Assembly (NCBI GenBank): GCA_051652765.1
Contig: JBOFUV010000028.1
Location: 1-57,117 of the forward strand
DNA length: 57,117 nucleotides
Direction of reading: 5' to 3'
Source of the DNA: Microcoleaceae cyanobacterium
Lineage (GTDB): Bacteria > Cyanobacteriota > Cyanobacteriia > Cyanobacteriales > Microcoleaceae
Shown here: in pieces, positions 18,869-29,568 of the stretch
How the letters are laid out: every line of letters starts with the position of its first letter
Numbering within the stretch: position 1 is the stretch's first letter
Translations under genes and position numbers: made by a program
Notes under the pieces: model-generated
Seen by the model: only the letters and a program-made list of their open reading frames with translations
What the model was told of the DNA's origin: nothing
The model's database searches: none

Positions 18869-19549
18869 ATGCAGACTGAAGCGTTCAGTGAGCTTTTCCC
18901 CCTGTTTAAGGGTTCAAGTCCAGAAACTCTAGAGTGGTTACTGTCCGTTGCGGTAAAGCATGACTATCCGGCTGGTCGGGCCGTTGTCATGGAGGATGCC
19001 TGGGGAAATGCGGTTTATTTTATTGTTTCAGGGTGGGTAAAGGTGCGGCGATTATCGGGTGAGAGTGCGGCGACCTTGGCAATTTTGGGTCGGGGAGACT
19101 TTTTTGGAGAGATGGCGATTTTGGACGAATCTCCAAGGTCTAATGATGTGATTGCCCTGTCTCCAGTCCGGTTAATTAGCGTCTCTGCCCAGCGATTTAT
19201 CCAAACGCTGTTTAAAGATTCTCAACTGCACCACCGGATGTTGCAACTGATGGTACGGCGACTGCGTCAGAGTAACCAGCGCTACCAAATGCGTCATCGT
19301 CCCCCTGCCGTGAAGTTGGCTGATACCTTGGTTGAGTTGGCTGAGAACTATGGTCAATCCACTGAGAAGGGAGTCGATATTTTTAATATTCCCACCAAAG
19401 ACTTGGCAGATATCACAGATATTGGCCCAGAGGATACCAGCAAAATTTTGGAAAAACTGGTGAGCAAAGGCTGGCTGAGCCTCAACGAAGAGAATAAAGT
19501 CATTCACCTGACCAATCTCAAGCATCTCCACCACCTTGCAAGCCAGTAG
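18869..19549 (+). CDS. Crp/Fnr family transcriptional regulator
   Basis: cNMP-binding GDFFGEMAILDESPRS, C-terminal HTH-like DLADITDIGPEDTSKILEKL; ATG 18869 preferred. Confidence 0.9.
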   Translation: MQTEAFSELFPLFKGSSPETLEWLLSVAVKHDYPAGRAVVMEDAWGNAVYFIVSGWVKVRRLSGESAATLAILGRGDFFGEMAILDESPRSNDVIALSPVRLISVSAQRFIQTLFKDSQLHHRMLQLMVRRLRQSNQRYQMRHRPPAVKLADTLVELAENYGQSTEKGVDIFNIPTKDLADITDIGPEDTSKILEKLVSKGWLSLNEENKVIHLTNLKHLHHLASQ

Positions 19550-19567
19550 TTATTTATTAGGCGATTC

Positions 19568-21421
19568 ATGACTGAAACGGTTCCGTCGCGATTTTCTCAA
19601 CAATTTGTAGCTCCTTTTGCTGCTTTACATTATCAGGTGGCCATGCCTCAGCCCGAAAATCACCTCTTTGGGGTGAGGCTGGAAGTCAATCTCAAGGGTC
19701 TATTTGGCATTGAGGCTGAACTGCAAGGTTTGCCAGACCCCCGAAGAGATAACTTGAAAGATGGCTTAAACGATCACTTGAATCTGAAAATGCCAGTCTG
19801 GACACCAGGCTCCTATCTCGTGCGAGAATATGCCCGTCATCTCCAGGGCTTTCAAGTGAAAGATGAGCAGGGGCGATCGCTCTCCTGGCAAAAACAAAGT
19901 AAAAATCACTGGCAAGTTCAGCTTCAAGGCGCTGAAAAGGTTGAGGTGACTTACCGGATCTTTGCCAATGACTTGAGTGTTCGAACCAATCACCTCGATG
20001 AAACTCACGGCTACTTCAATGGAGCAGCTTTATTTTTCTATATTCCTGGCTACGAAAATGTTCCGATTCGAGTCGAAATTTTACCTCCCCTCGACTGGCA
20101 AGTTGCAACCGCCCTGCCCCCGATTCCCCAGCAACCCCACACGTTTCAATCTCCAGATTTCGACACGTTAGTAGACAGCCCGTTTGAAATTGGGATTCAT
20201 CGTCGGTATGAGTTTCAAGTTGATGGGAAGCCCCATGAATTCGTTATTTGGGGCGAGGGCAATCTCAACTCAGAGCAAGTGATTACGGATATTCAGAAGC
20301 TGATTGCAGCAGAAGCTGAGTTGTTTGGGGGCTTACCTTACGAGCGCTATTTGTTTTTGCTCCATCTCTCTGGCCAGGGGTTTGGGGGCCTAGAACACAA
20401 AGATTGCTGCACCCTCAATTACCCTCGCTTCGGCTTCCAGGCCAGGGAAAAGTACAACCGTTTTCTCCAACTAGTCGCCCATGAATTCTTTCATCTTTGG
20501 AATGTCAAGCGCATTCGCCCCAAAGCCTTGGAAAAATTCGACTATGAACAGGAAAACTACACCCCGTCCCTCTGGTTTTGTGAGGGGGTTACGAGTTATT
20601 ACGATGGAGTGATTCCCTTTCGGGCTGGACTCTGGGATGTGAAAACCTATTTGAGCAGTGTGGCAGTCAACATCACCCGTCTGCAAGCTACGCCGGGACG
20701 GATGGTGCAGCCCTTGAGTGAGTCGAGCTGGGATGCGTGGATCAAGCTGTATCGCCGGGATGCTCACAGTGACAATACTCAAATTTCCTACTACCTCAAG
20801 GGAGAACTGGTCGCCTGGTTGCTGGATCTCCAGATCCGGGCGCAATCGGACAATCAGCGATCGCTTGATCAGGTCATGGAGCAAATGTGGCAACGGTTTG
20901 GGCAAACTGAGATCGGGTACACACCGGAAGAGCTACAGGCGGTGGTGGAGTCTGTGGCAGGGAGGAACTTGAGTGATTTTTTCCAATCCTACATCGAGGG
21001 AACGGAAGAACTGCCCTACGACCACTACTTGGAGCCCTTTGGTTTGAAACTTAGAGCTGAAGTCAATGAAAACTTGCCTGACTTGGGGCTCAAGGTCGTT
21101 TCAGAATCAGGGCGAGATCTGATTAAGTTTGTAATGGCAGACAGTCCGGCTCAGCGGGCCGGACTTGATCCCGATGATGAACTCTTGGCCTTAAACGGTT
21201 TTCGGGTGAGTGCAGAGCAATTGAGCGATCGCCTTAAGGATTTTTCCCCTGGAGATCCTGTGGAACTGACCGTCTTTCACCAGGATGAACTGCGAACTCG
21301 CCGGATCACCTTAGCCACTCCGCAACCAAGAAGTTATCAAATTGTGTCTCTCCCAAACCCGACGCTCCAACAGCAACGAAACTTTACGGGATGGTTGGGA
21401 TGTCCTTACCACCAGGTATGA
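19568..21421 (+). CDS. M61 family glycyl aminopeptidase with C-terminal PDZ domain
   Basis: MPVWTPGSY, GGLEH, AHEFFHLWN (HExxH), LWFCEGVTSYY, SPAQRAGL PDZ. Confidence 0.93.
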   Translation: MTETVPSRFSQQFVAPFAALHYQVAMPQPENHLFGVRLEVNLKGLFGIEAELQGLPDPRRDNLKDGLNDHLNLKMPVWTPGSYLVREYARHLQGFQVKDEQGRSLSWQKQSKNHWQVQLQGAEKVEVTYRIFANDLSVRTNHLDETHGYFNGAALFFYIPGYENVPIRVEILPPLDWQVATALPPIPQQPHTFQSPDFDTLVDSPFEIGIHRRYEFQVDGKPHEFVIWGEGNLNSEQVITDIQKLIAAEAELFGGLPYERYLFLLHLSGQGFGGLEHKDCCTLNYPRFGFQAREKYNRFLQLVAHEFFHLWNVKRIRPKALEKFDYEQENYTPSLWFCEGVTSYYDGVIPFRAGLWDVKTYLSSVAVNITRLQATPGRMVQPLSESSWDAWIKLYRRDAHSDNTQISYYLKGELVAWLLDLQIRAQSDNQRSLDQVMEQMWQRFGQTEIGYTPEELQAVVESVAGRNLSDFFQSYIEGTEELPYDHYLEPFGLKLRAEVNENLPDLGLKVVSESGRDLIKFVMADSPAQRAGLDPDDELLALNGFRVSAEQLSDRLKDFSPGDPVELTVFHQDELRTRRITLATPQPRSYQIVSLPNPTLQQQRNFTGWLGCPYHQV

Positions 21422-21478
21422 GAGAATTAGAGCTATCAGTTTTATCTGTCTAGCCTCAACTCTAGGAGCGCTCCGTTT

Positions 21479-21958
21479 ATGCAAACGCCCCAACCGCCCT
21501 CCATTACCCCCCGTCAAATGACTCTCCTGCGTGTGGTGACCTCCATGGCTTGGTCGGATGGTCATCTTGCTGAGGAAGAAATAGAGGTGATGCTGAATAA
21601 GTTTAGCCAACTGTTTGTCAAAGAAACACAACAGGAACAGCTTCGCCAAGAGTTGCGAGAGTACATGATTCAAAATATCCCTTTAGAAGAGTTAATCCCA
21701 AAGCTAGAAACCCCTGAAGAACGAGAGTTGGTGCTGATGCTGGGATACGAAGTGATTAAATCCAGCGCTCGTACGGCGGACGAACCCAATATCAATGCAG
21801 AGGAAGCCGCCGCCTATACCAGACTGGTAGAACTAGTCAATTTACCGGACGACGTAGTTCAGCGCGTTAGAGATGAGATCCTTCAATCTGGGGATAAGGT
21901 GGGATTGATTGAGACCCTGACGCAGAAGTTAGGAAACTTTTTTAAAGCCAATTCTTAA
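21479..21958 (+). CDS. TerB-like (tellurite resistance family) protein
   Basis: MAWSDGHLAEEE and INAEEAAAY motifs. Confidence 0.8.
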   Translation: MQTPQPPSITPRQMTLLRVVTSMAWSDGHLAEEEIEVMLNKFSQLFVKETQQEQLRQELREYMIQNIPLEELIPKLETPEERELVLMLGYEVIKSSARTADEPNINAEEAAAYTRLVELVNLPDDVVQRVRDEILQSGDKVGLIETLTQKLGNFFKANS

Positions 21959-22029
21959 CGCCAACTTTTTAAAGCGCACTTGTCATTAAGCTGGAGTCAG
22001 ACATTTTTGGGCGGTTGTCAGATTAACTC

Positions 22030-22980
22030 ATGTCCCATCTCCCTGAGAGCATCCCTCAAGACATTGTCCAACAAGCCCGTCAAGGCAAGGTTGCTGCAAT
22101 CCTGCAAGTTCTGAATCATCAGCTTGCTGAAAGCGGAATTCAGACTCGGGCTGTTCTTAGGGATGGAATGTTGCATCTGCTGTGCGAAGCTTTGACGTTA
22201 GAACTGCTAAACCGATCTGAGATTGTGGCTCAGGTTAAGGAGATTTTGACCGCCTTGTCACCGGATTATATTAACCACAGTCGAGTTTATGGTCGAGTTA
22301 TTCAACCAGAACAGTTACTTTGGCTGGATCATCTGATTCGAGATGCTAATCCTCAGGTTGTCTGGCAGGAAGACATTCTGCTTGGTTCGGCTAGCCTATT
22401 TCAGCGTCTTTTTAAGCATTTTAAGCATTCTCATACAGCCTCCTCTTCAAAAATACTCTCCCCAACCTGGGCTGAAAGGCTCCAAGAACAGCGCCTCTTT
22501 CGTCGGGGGGCCTTGGCTGGAGCCTGCTTAACACTGGGACTCGGGGGAATAGCGATCGCCTTGTACTCTGGGTTAAACTCCCGGCTGTTATTAAGTTCTC
22601 AATCCATTCCTCAGCCGACTGCACTCAGTCGCCCCGATTTCAATACACAGTCAGGGTCTACACATAGCACTCCATTGGAACCTCCGGCCAGTCCTAGTTT
22701 TAACGCTCCGCCTAGCCCGTCTTCGAACATTGAGGTTTCCCAGAACTCTGATGAAGAAAAGTTTGCCCAAGCCGTTCGTCTTGCAGAGGGAGCGGTGGAT
22801 TTAGGAAAATCAGCTCAAAGTCGGGCAGAATGGCTGACGATTGCGGACACCTGGGAAACGGCCTCAACCCTAATGACAGAGGTATCCCCAGACTATTCCC
22901 GCCATGCAACGGCTCAGAACCGAGCTGCTCTTTACCGTCGGAACGCTGAAGTGGCTCAAGAGGAAGCCGACAAACAGTAG
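22030..22980 (+). CDS. Conserved cyanobacterial hypothetical membrane-anchored protein
   Basis: N-terminal QARQG..AAI..LN domain, single TM, Pro/Ser linker, helical C-terminal FAQAVRLA...W..A..LM domain. Confidence 0.75.
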   Translation: MSHLPESIPQDIVQQARQGKVAAILQVLNHQLAESGIQTRAVLRDGMLHLLCEALTLELLNRSEIVAQVKEILTALSPDYINHSRVYGRVIQPEQLLWLDHLIRDANPQVVWQEDILLGSASLFQRLFKHFKHSHTASSSKILSPTWAERLQEQRLFRRGALAGACLTLGLGGIAIALYSGLNSRLLLSSQSIPQPTALSRPDFNTQSGSTHSTPLEPPASPSFNAPPSPSSNIEVSQNSDEEKFAQAVRLAEGAVDLGKSAQSRAEWLTIADTWETASTLMTEVSPDYSRHATAQNRAALYRRNAEVAQEEADKQ

Positions 22981-23263
22981 GCTTGGCAACAGTGGTTTTT
23001 AAAACAGTGAGGAACATCACAAGCATCCAAGTCCCCCTCTTTAAGGTTTAAGGAAGATTTACGGGAGTGCTTCATATCGCATCTGAACAAAAACGGTTGT
23101 AGCTTCAGAAGGCCAAAGTCATAGACTTATAAAGACCATCCGCAGGGAGTTATATAAAACGCCCTACGGATCAATAAATTATGATCAGCAATATGATCAG
23201 CAACTCAAACTGTGGAGGTTAATACCAACTAACATGAGTAATACTCCATTAGTCAATATTCCA

Positions 23264-23380
23264 TTAGTCAATATTCAACTGGTCACCCCGACGATACTGT
23301 TCGTAGGCTTTAAAAAACAGCCCTAACAGCGTAATGACGATCAGACCTAGTACAATTCCTGAAAGCAATGGCTCTACCAC
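23264..23380 (-). CDS. petG: Cytochrome b6-f complex subunit 5 (38 aa; not in ORF track)
   Basis: Manual translation [41 protein letters not shown] start, RBS AAGGAG 7 nt upstream. Confidence 0.96.
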   Translation of the reverse strand: MVEPLLSGIVLGLIVITLLGLFFKAYEQYRRGDQLNID

Positions 23381-23894
23381 GTCAGAACTCCTTGTGAATC
23401 AAATACTTCTGTCTTACAACTATAACGCCTTTTCACAACGCTACTTCCTCTGATTTGTGCTCAAATTTAAGCTCCACTCCGGGCCTATTCTTTGAGAGAA
23501 GCTACGTAGGGTGAAAGAGTTGGCGACAAAATACAGGATTCGTTGGTTGATACTCTGGCATAACCAACTAACATTATTTCAATTCCAGTCTAATCTATAG
23601 CGTTCTGATAATTTGACTTTAACACCGCTTTTGAGACACCACTAGGGGCTAAGATGAGAATTTAAGGGGTCTTAGACCTCTGTGTCAAAAACTTCTAAGT
23701 ATGGGAAATTAAAAATAACAAGGGTGCTGGGTACAGCAAGCGGATTGAATGGGTGAGTTCAGGTATTCTGCCTGTGATCAGGAGCGAGACACTCGCACTC
23801 ATTATTGCTTATGATTCATCTAGGATTGCTATCGTTCTAAGTTGTCGTTCTACCCGTTCACCTTGACGCTGCGTTATTAAGGAAACAAATCACA

Positions 23895-24653
23895 ATGGCT
23901 CAACCTTTTATCACTGTTAATGAGGATCAAGTCTCTCTTGGTCAATCCCTCAGATATTTACAAGCCTCTGGGAAATTGCAGACTTTTTTGGGAGAAATTC
24001 TGCGGCAGTATGTTTTGGATAAAGAACTCCAAACCCGCGAAGATCTAAATGTAAATGCCGGTGCAGTTGAACAAGCTGTGATTGATTTTCGCCTGAAGCA
24101 GAATCTGACCGAACCTCAAGCGTTTCAACAATGGTTAGAAAGCAACCGCCTCACCTATGATGGATTTCATCAGCAAATCACTTCGGGATTCAAGCGGGAA
24201 ACCTTGAAGATGGCGGTGGTTCAGCCCCAATTGGCAGACTACTTTCAGCAGCGCAAACCTTTTCTAGAGACTGTTATTTTATCTCGGATTGTGGTACAAG
24301 ACCATGAGCTTGCCAATAGCCTCCACAACCTGTTGCAGGATGGAGCATCCTTTGAACATCTGGCCAAGGAACATTCAATTGCTGCGGAGAAAGCAGTCAA
24401 CGGGATGATGGGGCCGATTAGTCGGGGAACCCTCCCTCCAGATTTGCAGGAAAAAGTGAATGCAGCAACACCTGGCGAAGTGATTGGCCCTGTTCAAGTT
24501 GAGGACAAGTGGTGTTTGTTCCGAGTTGAACAGTTAATTGACGTGTCCTTTGAAGACGCTAAAGTCAAACAAAAGTTGCAGAATGAACTCTTTGAGCGTT
24601 GGGTGAATGAACAGCTCAAAACCCTGACTGTTAAATTGCAAATTGGCGATTAG
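23895..24653 (+). CDS. PpiC/parvulin-type peptidylprolyl isomerase domain protein
   Basis: VILSRIVV, GASFEHLAKEHS, GMMGPI, PGEVIGPV rotamase fold. Confidence 0.85.
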   Translation: MAQPFITVNEDQVSLGQSLRYLQASGKLQTFLGEILRQYVLDKELQTREDLNVNAGAVEQAVIDFRLKQNLTEPQAFQQWLESNRLTYDGFHQQITSGFKRETLKMAVVQPQLADYFQQRKPFLETVILSRIVVQDHELANSLHNLLQDGASFEHLAKEHSIAAEKAVNGMMGPISRGTLPPDLQEKVNAATPGEVIGPVQVEDKWCLFRVEQLIDVSFEDAKVKQKLQNELFERWVNEQLKTLTVKLQIGD

Positions 24654-24671
24654 GAATGAACCGGTTCTTCT

Positions 24672-24705
24672 AAAACTTTGGGGAATCAAAAACTTTGGGG
24701 AATCA
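24672..24705. repeat. 17-bp perfect tandem duplication
   Basis: AAAACTTTGGGGAATCA x2 plus a degenerate third unit. Confidence 0.8.
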
Positions 24706-24850
24706 AAAATTGAAGAATCCAAAGTAGGCAATTTCTGAATAACTGTTTTAGTGAAATCGTTTAAACGGGTGGGCATATTGCCTGCCTGTTTAAGCCTACT
24801 CTTTTTTGCTATGCTGAATAGTCATGATTACTTCATCCGCATCTGAGATC

Positions 24851-25348
24851 ATGATCACGTTATATCTCATTCGCCACGGCATTGCTGCTGAACAGGAACT
24901 CCATAACTCTGACGAAGAGCGGCCTCTGACCAAGGAGGGCGATCGCAAAACCCGCAAGATTGCAGAACGACTCCTAGAGCTAGAGCTTCAGTTTGAGGTG
25001 ATTTTGACCAGCCCTCTGGTGAGAGCCAGACAAACGGCTGAGATTTTACAGATTTCAGGGTTGAGCAGTCAGATTGAGGAATTCCCGGCCCTGGCACCCG
25101 GTGGAGACATTACCCTTTGGCTGAATTGGTACAACAATTGGCGTTTAACATCTGGAAAAAGCGTTGCCCTGATTGGACACCAACCTGATTTGGGCAACTG
25201 GGCGGAAATTTTAGTTTGGGGAGAAGCTCGCGGTGTACTCATCGTCAAAAAGGCAGGAGTCATCGGCATCATGCTACCGGAAACCGGTTCTCCAGTCGGA
25301 AACAGTCAGCTCTTTTGGCTGACCCAACCCAAGTTTCTATTGGTTTAA
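24851..25348 (+). CDS. sixA: Phosphohistidine phosphatase SixA
   Basis: LYLIRHGIA, DEERPLT, TSPLVRARQTA, LIGHQPDL. Confidence 0.9.
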   Translation: MITLYLIRHGIAAEQELHNSDEERPLTKEGDRKTRKIAERLLELELQFEVILTSPLVRARQTAEILQISGLSSQIEEFPALAPGGDITLWLNWYNNWRLTSGKSVALIGHQPDLGNWAEILVWGEARGVLIVKKAGVIGIMLPETGSPVGNSQLFWLTQPKFLLV

Positions 25349-25407
25349 CTGATGCAGCCTTGATGAGGTTAAGGGATTGTTAGAATGATGCTATTCCCTA
25401 TTCTCCT

Positions 25408-28362
25408 GTGAACGTGGCTGCTAATCCTCCCCTGTTTATCCTTGTCGATGGTCATTCCCTGGCATTTCGGGCTTATTTTGCCTACGCAAAAAGTCGGGAT
25501 GGAGGATTACGCACGAAGACTGGAATTCCCACCAGTGTTTGTTTTGGGTTTCTAAAATCACTGTTGGAAATGATTAAAATTCACCAACCTGATTATCTAG
25601 CGATCGCCTTTGACCGAGAAGAACCCACCTTTCGCCACGAAGCAGACATTACTTACAAAGCAGATCGGGCTGAAACTCCTGAAGATTTTTTAGAAGATAT
25701 TCGCAATTTATATGACCTATTAGAAGGTTTTCATTTACCTGTTGTAACCCGCGCTGGCTATGAAGCCGATGATGTTTTAGGAACCTTAACTCACCAGGGA
25801 ATTGAAGCTGGATTTCAAGTTAAAATCCTGTCTGGAGATCAGGATCTCTTTCAACTGATCGACCCAGAAGAACGGGTTAAAATCTTACATCTTAGTCATA
25901 ACAAAGGCAGTACTCCAGTTGAATTTGGGATTCAAGAAGTCTATGAAAAGCTAAAGGTTCAGCCCGATCAAGTTGTGGATTACAAGGCTCTCTGTGGAGA
26001 TAAGTCAGATAATATTCCAGGAGTGCGAGGCATCGGAGAAAAAACAGCCGTTCAACTCTTACAAGAACACAACTCCCTAGAAGGAATTTACAACTCAATT
26101 GATCAAATTAAAGGAGCCACTCGCAAGAAATTAGAAGAAGGAAAAACCGCAGCATATCACTCTCAATATATGGCGAGAATTATCCGAAATGTTCCTCTCG
26201 ATCTGTCGCCAGAAATCTGTAAATTTCAAGGTCTTAATTTAGCAGACGTTTTGCCCTTATTACAAAAGCTTGAATTTCATTCTTTCATTCAGCAAATTCA
26301 ACCTCAAGCGTTAGAGCAAAATGTATCTCACCTCAAAGAGACGGCAACTTCTGAATCTTTCTGGGGTCAGGGCAGTGAAGATCTGTGGTTTTGGAGTGCG
26401 GAAGATACTCAAGTTGCTCAGCAGATTCAAGTCCCGATTATTCAACCACAAATTATTCAAACGGTTGAACAACTTCAGGCACTCTGTCAACATTTAGAGC
26501 GTTTCACCAATGTCGAAAATCCTGTGGCTTGGGACACAGAAACAACAGCCCTAGAGCCACGAGATGCCGAGTTAGTTGGCATTGGGTGTTGTTGGGGAGC
26601 GGGAACTTCAGATATGGCTTATATTCCCTTGGGTCATACCTTAGAACCGAACTTAGAACCGAGCTTAGAACCAAACTTAGAACAAGTTGTAAATCCAAAC
26701 CCGCAGTTAGCGTTACAACTAGAGTTACAACTTGTTCTAGATCAATTACGCCCAATTTTAGAGAGCGATCGCTATCCCAAAGCTCTACAAAACGCCAAGT
26801 TTGATCGCCTGATTTTTCGAGTTCAAGGCATTCAGTTAGCCGGAGTTGTATTTGATACCATGTTAGCAAGCTATGTGTTAAATCCTGAATCCACCCATAA
26901 TCTCAGTGCCCTTTCTTTGAAATATTTGGGAGCTGGATTAACGGCTCAGAGCTATAACGATTTGGTGCCAAAAGGAAAGACCATTGCTGATTTGGAGATT
27001 GCAACTGTTGCTCAGTATTGTGGTTTGGATGCCTACACAACATTTCAGTTGGTTTTCAAGCTAAAGTCAGAACTTCAGAAAAACCCTAGTTTGTTGCAAC
27101 TTTTTAATGAAATTGAACAACCGTTAGAGCCTGTTTTAGCGGAGATGGAGTTCCAAGGCATTCGGATCGATACTGCCTATTTGAAAACATTATCTCAGCA
27201 GCTAGAATATCGATTAATAAAAATTGAACAGCAAGCTTATCAGGCTGGTGGAGAAGAATTTAATCTGGGTTCCCCCAAACAGCTCAGTCAACTTCTATTT
27301 GAAACTCTAGCACTCAGTAAAAAGAAAACTCGCAAAACAAAAACAGGTTATTCAACAGATGCCAAGGTTCTAGAGAAATTAAAGGGAGATCACCCCGTGA
27401 TTGATTCTATTTTAGAGCATCGAACCCTAGCAAAATTGAAGTCAACTTATGTAGATGCCTTGCCAGAATTAGTTCATCCCCAAACTCAGCGAGTTCATAC
27501 GGATTTTAACCAAGCAATTACGGCAACAGGGCGACTCTCTTCCTCCAATCCCAACTTACAAAATATTCCTATTCGGACAGAGTTTTCTCGACAGATTCGT
27601 CAAGCTTTTATTCCCGAATCTGGTTGGTCTTTGGTGACGGCTGATTACTCTCAGATTGAACTCCGAATTCTCGCACATTTAAGTGGAGAAGAAGTTCTGA
27701 TTGATGCTTATAGAAATAATCAAGATGTCCATACTTTAACGGCACAGCTTTTATTTGAAAAAGAGATTGTTAGTGCTGATGAACGTCGGCTTGGAAAAAC
27801 AATCAACTTTGGTGTGATTTATGGCATGGGAGCCCAACGATTTGCCCGTGAGGCAAAAGTTAGTCAACTCGAAAGTAAACAGTTTATCGAACGTTTTAAT
27901 GAACGCTATTCCAAAGTTTTTGATTATCTTGAGATGCAAAAGAAAAAAGCTGTCACTCAAGGTTATGTCGAAACTATTCTAGGTCGTCGTCGCTACTTCA
28001 ATTTCCTCAGCGGTAGTTTACAAAATTTATTGGGTAGATCTCCGGATGATGTTGACTTAGAGCAGTTAAAAGGAGTAGGTCAAAATGATGCTCAATTGCT
28101 CCGAGCTGCCTCGAATGCACCAATTCAAGGGTCAAGTGCGGACATTATCAAGATTGCGATGGTCAAGCTTCATGAGATTTTGCGAGACTATAAATCAAGA
28201 TTATTATTGCAAGTTCATGATGAATTAGTGTTTGAAGTTCCTCCATCAGAATGGCAAGAATTGCAAACTCAGATTCAGGCATCTATGGAAAACGCCATTC
28301 AATTGAAAGTTCCCTTGCTAGTTGATATTCATGTTGGAGAAAACTGGATGGAAGCCAAATAA
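25408..28362 (+). CDS. polA: DNA polymerase I
   Basis: LVDGHSLAFR 5'-3' exo, WDTETT 3'-5' exo, TGRLSSSNPNLQNIP, ADYSQIELR, KTINFGVIYG, LQVHDELVFE. Confidence 0.97.
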   Translation: MNVAANPPLFILVDGHSLAFRAYFAYAKSRDGGLRTKTGIPTSVCFGFLKSLLEMIKIHQPDYLAIAFDREEPTFRHEADITYKADRAETPEDFLEDIRNLYDLLEGFHLPVVTRAGYEADDVLGTLTHQGIEAGFQVKILSGDQDLFQLIDPEERVKILHLSHNKGSTPVEFGIQEVYEKLKVQPDQVVDYKALCGDKSDNIPGVRGIGEKTAVQLLQEHNSLEGIYNSIDQIKGATRKKLEEGKTAAYHSQYMARIIRNVPLDLSPEICKFQGLNLADVLPLLQKLEFHSFIQQIQPQALEQNVSHLKETATSESFWGQGSEDLWFWSAEDTQVAQQIQVPIIQPQIIQTVEQLQALCQHLERFTNVENPVAWDTETTALEPRDAELVGIGCCWGAGTSDMAYIPLGHTLEPNLEPSLEPNLEQVVNPNPQLALQLELQLVLDQLRPILESDRYPKALQNAKFDRLIFRVQGIQLAGVVFDTMLASYVLNPESTHNLSALSLKYLGAGLTAQSYNDLVPKGKTIADLEIATVAQYCGLDAYTTFQLVFKLKSELQKNPSLLQLFNEIEQPLEPVLAEMEFQGIRIDTAYLKTLSQQLEYRLIKIEQQAYQAGGEEFNLGSPKQLSQLLFETLALSKKKTRKTKTGYSTDAKVLEKLKGDHPVIDSILEHRTLAKLKSTYVDALPELVHPQTQRVHTDFNQAITATGRLSSSNPNLQNIPIRTEFSRQIRQAFIPESGWSLVTADYSQIELRILAHLSGEEVLIDAYRNNQDVHTLTAQLLFEKEIVSADERRLGKTINFGVIYGMGAQRFAREAKVSQLESKQFIERFNERYSKVFDYLEMQKKKAVTQGYVETILGRRRYFNFLSGSLQNLLGRSPDDVDLEQLKGVGQNDAQLLRAASNAPIQGSSADIIKIAMVKLHEILRDYKSRLLLQVHDELVFEVPPSEWQELQTQIQASMENAIQLKVPLLVDIHVGENWMEAK

Positions 28363-28482
28363 ATAAAGTTAAAAGCTAGTCTTGAACTCAGAAGATTGAA
28401 AACAGAGTTGGAAATTAAAGTTGAAAGTTAAGGTTGAAAGTTAAAACCTGATCTTAAGTTTATATTAAGCATAAATCTTGCA

Positions 28483-28869
28483 ATGAAAAAGAAGCTAAAA
28501 ATCTGGAGAGTCCTGTGCTTTTCCTATTTCTTTCTCTTGTTCGGCATTATGATAACTGCCGATCTAGGGAAGCTCCCAATTGAGTTACTTTCTAAAGTTC
28601 CGAACTACGATATTATTGGGCATTTTGTACTTTATGGCATTGCATCTTTTCTAAGTTACCGAGCTTTAAATTGGCAAATGTTAGTAATTTTCAATATTGT
28701 GTTACCTGTAGGGCCATTTTTATTTGCACTCGTAACAATTGCTGAAGAGATGCTGCAACAAATACTGCCCAACCGTACATTTAGCCTCGTTGATATGGGA
28801 GCAAGTTTGTTAGGAATTATCGTATTCTACTGGCTAGGAAATCTATGGTTTCCTCAAAAAGTTACTTGA
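28483..28869 (+). CDS. VanZ-like family membrane protein
   Basis: YDIIGHFVLYG and EEMLQQILPNRTFSLVD motifs. Confidence 0.82.
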   Translation: MKKKLKIWRVLCFSYFFLLFGIMITADLGKLPIELLSKVPNYDIIGHFVLYGIASFLSYRALNWQMLVIFNIVLPVGPFLFALVTIAEEMLQQILPNRTFSLVDMGASLLGIIVFYWLGNLWFPQKVT

Positions 28870-29004
28870 AATTATTGCTCAAAGTTATAGAACTTTGCGT
28901 TATAGAATTTTGCGAAATTAACTAGTGCATTAACAACAGTGGACAAGCCAGCTCCGGCAAGATTTGCGATCTTACAGCGTTGGGGAAAATACTGTAAATC
29001 AGCC

Positions 29005-29406
29005 CTAACCCATCAAAATGACATTGCTCAACACATGAATCACGCCATTATCTACTTCAATATCAGGAGCAATTACAGTTGCATTTTTTACCTCAAATCC
29101 CTCAGAACAATCAATCGAAATGGGGGAACCTTCAACGGAGGTAACTGTTGTCAACTGTTCTAAATCAGCCTTCATGAACTTGCCTGCAACAACATGAAAC
29201 TTTAATATTCTTGCCAGTTGAGGGGGATTTTGTGCCAAAGTTTGAACCGTTCCAGGCGGTAGTTTGGCGAATGCATCATCATTGGGTGCAAATACTGTAA
29301 AAGGGCCAGGGCTTTTCAGTACGTCTACTAAACCCGCAATTTGAACAGCTTGCACAAGGGTTTGAAATGAACCCGCACTGACCGCAGTCTCAACAATATC
29401 AGCCAT
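29005..29406 (-). CDS. Fasciclin (FAS1) domain protein
   Basis: [13 protein letters not shown] and NGVIHVL motifs. Confidence 0.92.
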   Translation of the reverse strand: MADIVETAVSAGSFQTLVQAVQIAGLVDVLKSPGPFTVFAPNDDAFAKLPPGTVQTLAQNPPQLARILKFHVVAGKFMKADLEQLTTVTSVEGSPISIDCSEGFEVKNATVIAPDIEVDNGVIHVLSNVILMG

Positions 29407-29568
29407 TGTAAGGTCAACCCTAAAAACTTTGTTTGATTGCCAATTGTGATCTAGTGTACCAGAGGTGGAAAACGAATCTAACTTTTGCTACCATCAGTCT
29501 ACGTTGATAGATTAACTACTCGAATTTTTCCAAAGTTCTTAAGGCTTGACAAAGCTTAACTCAATAGA

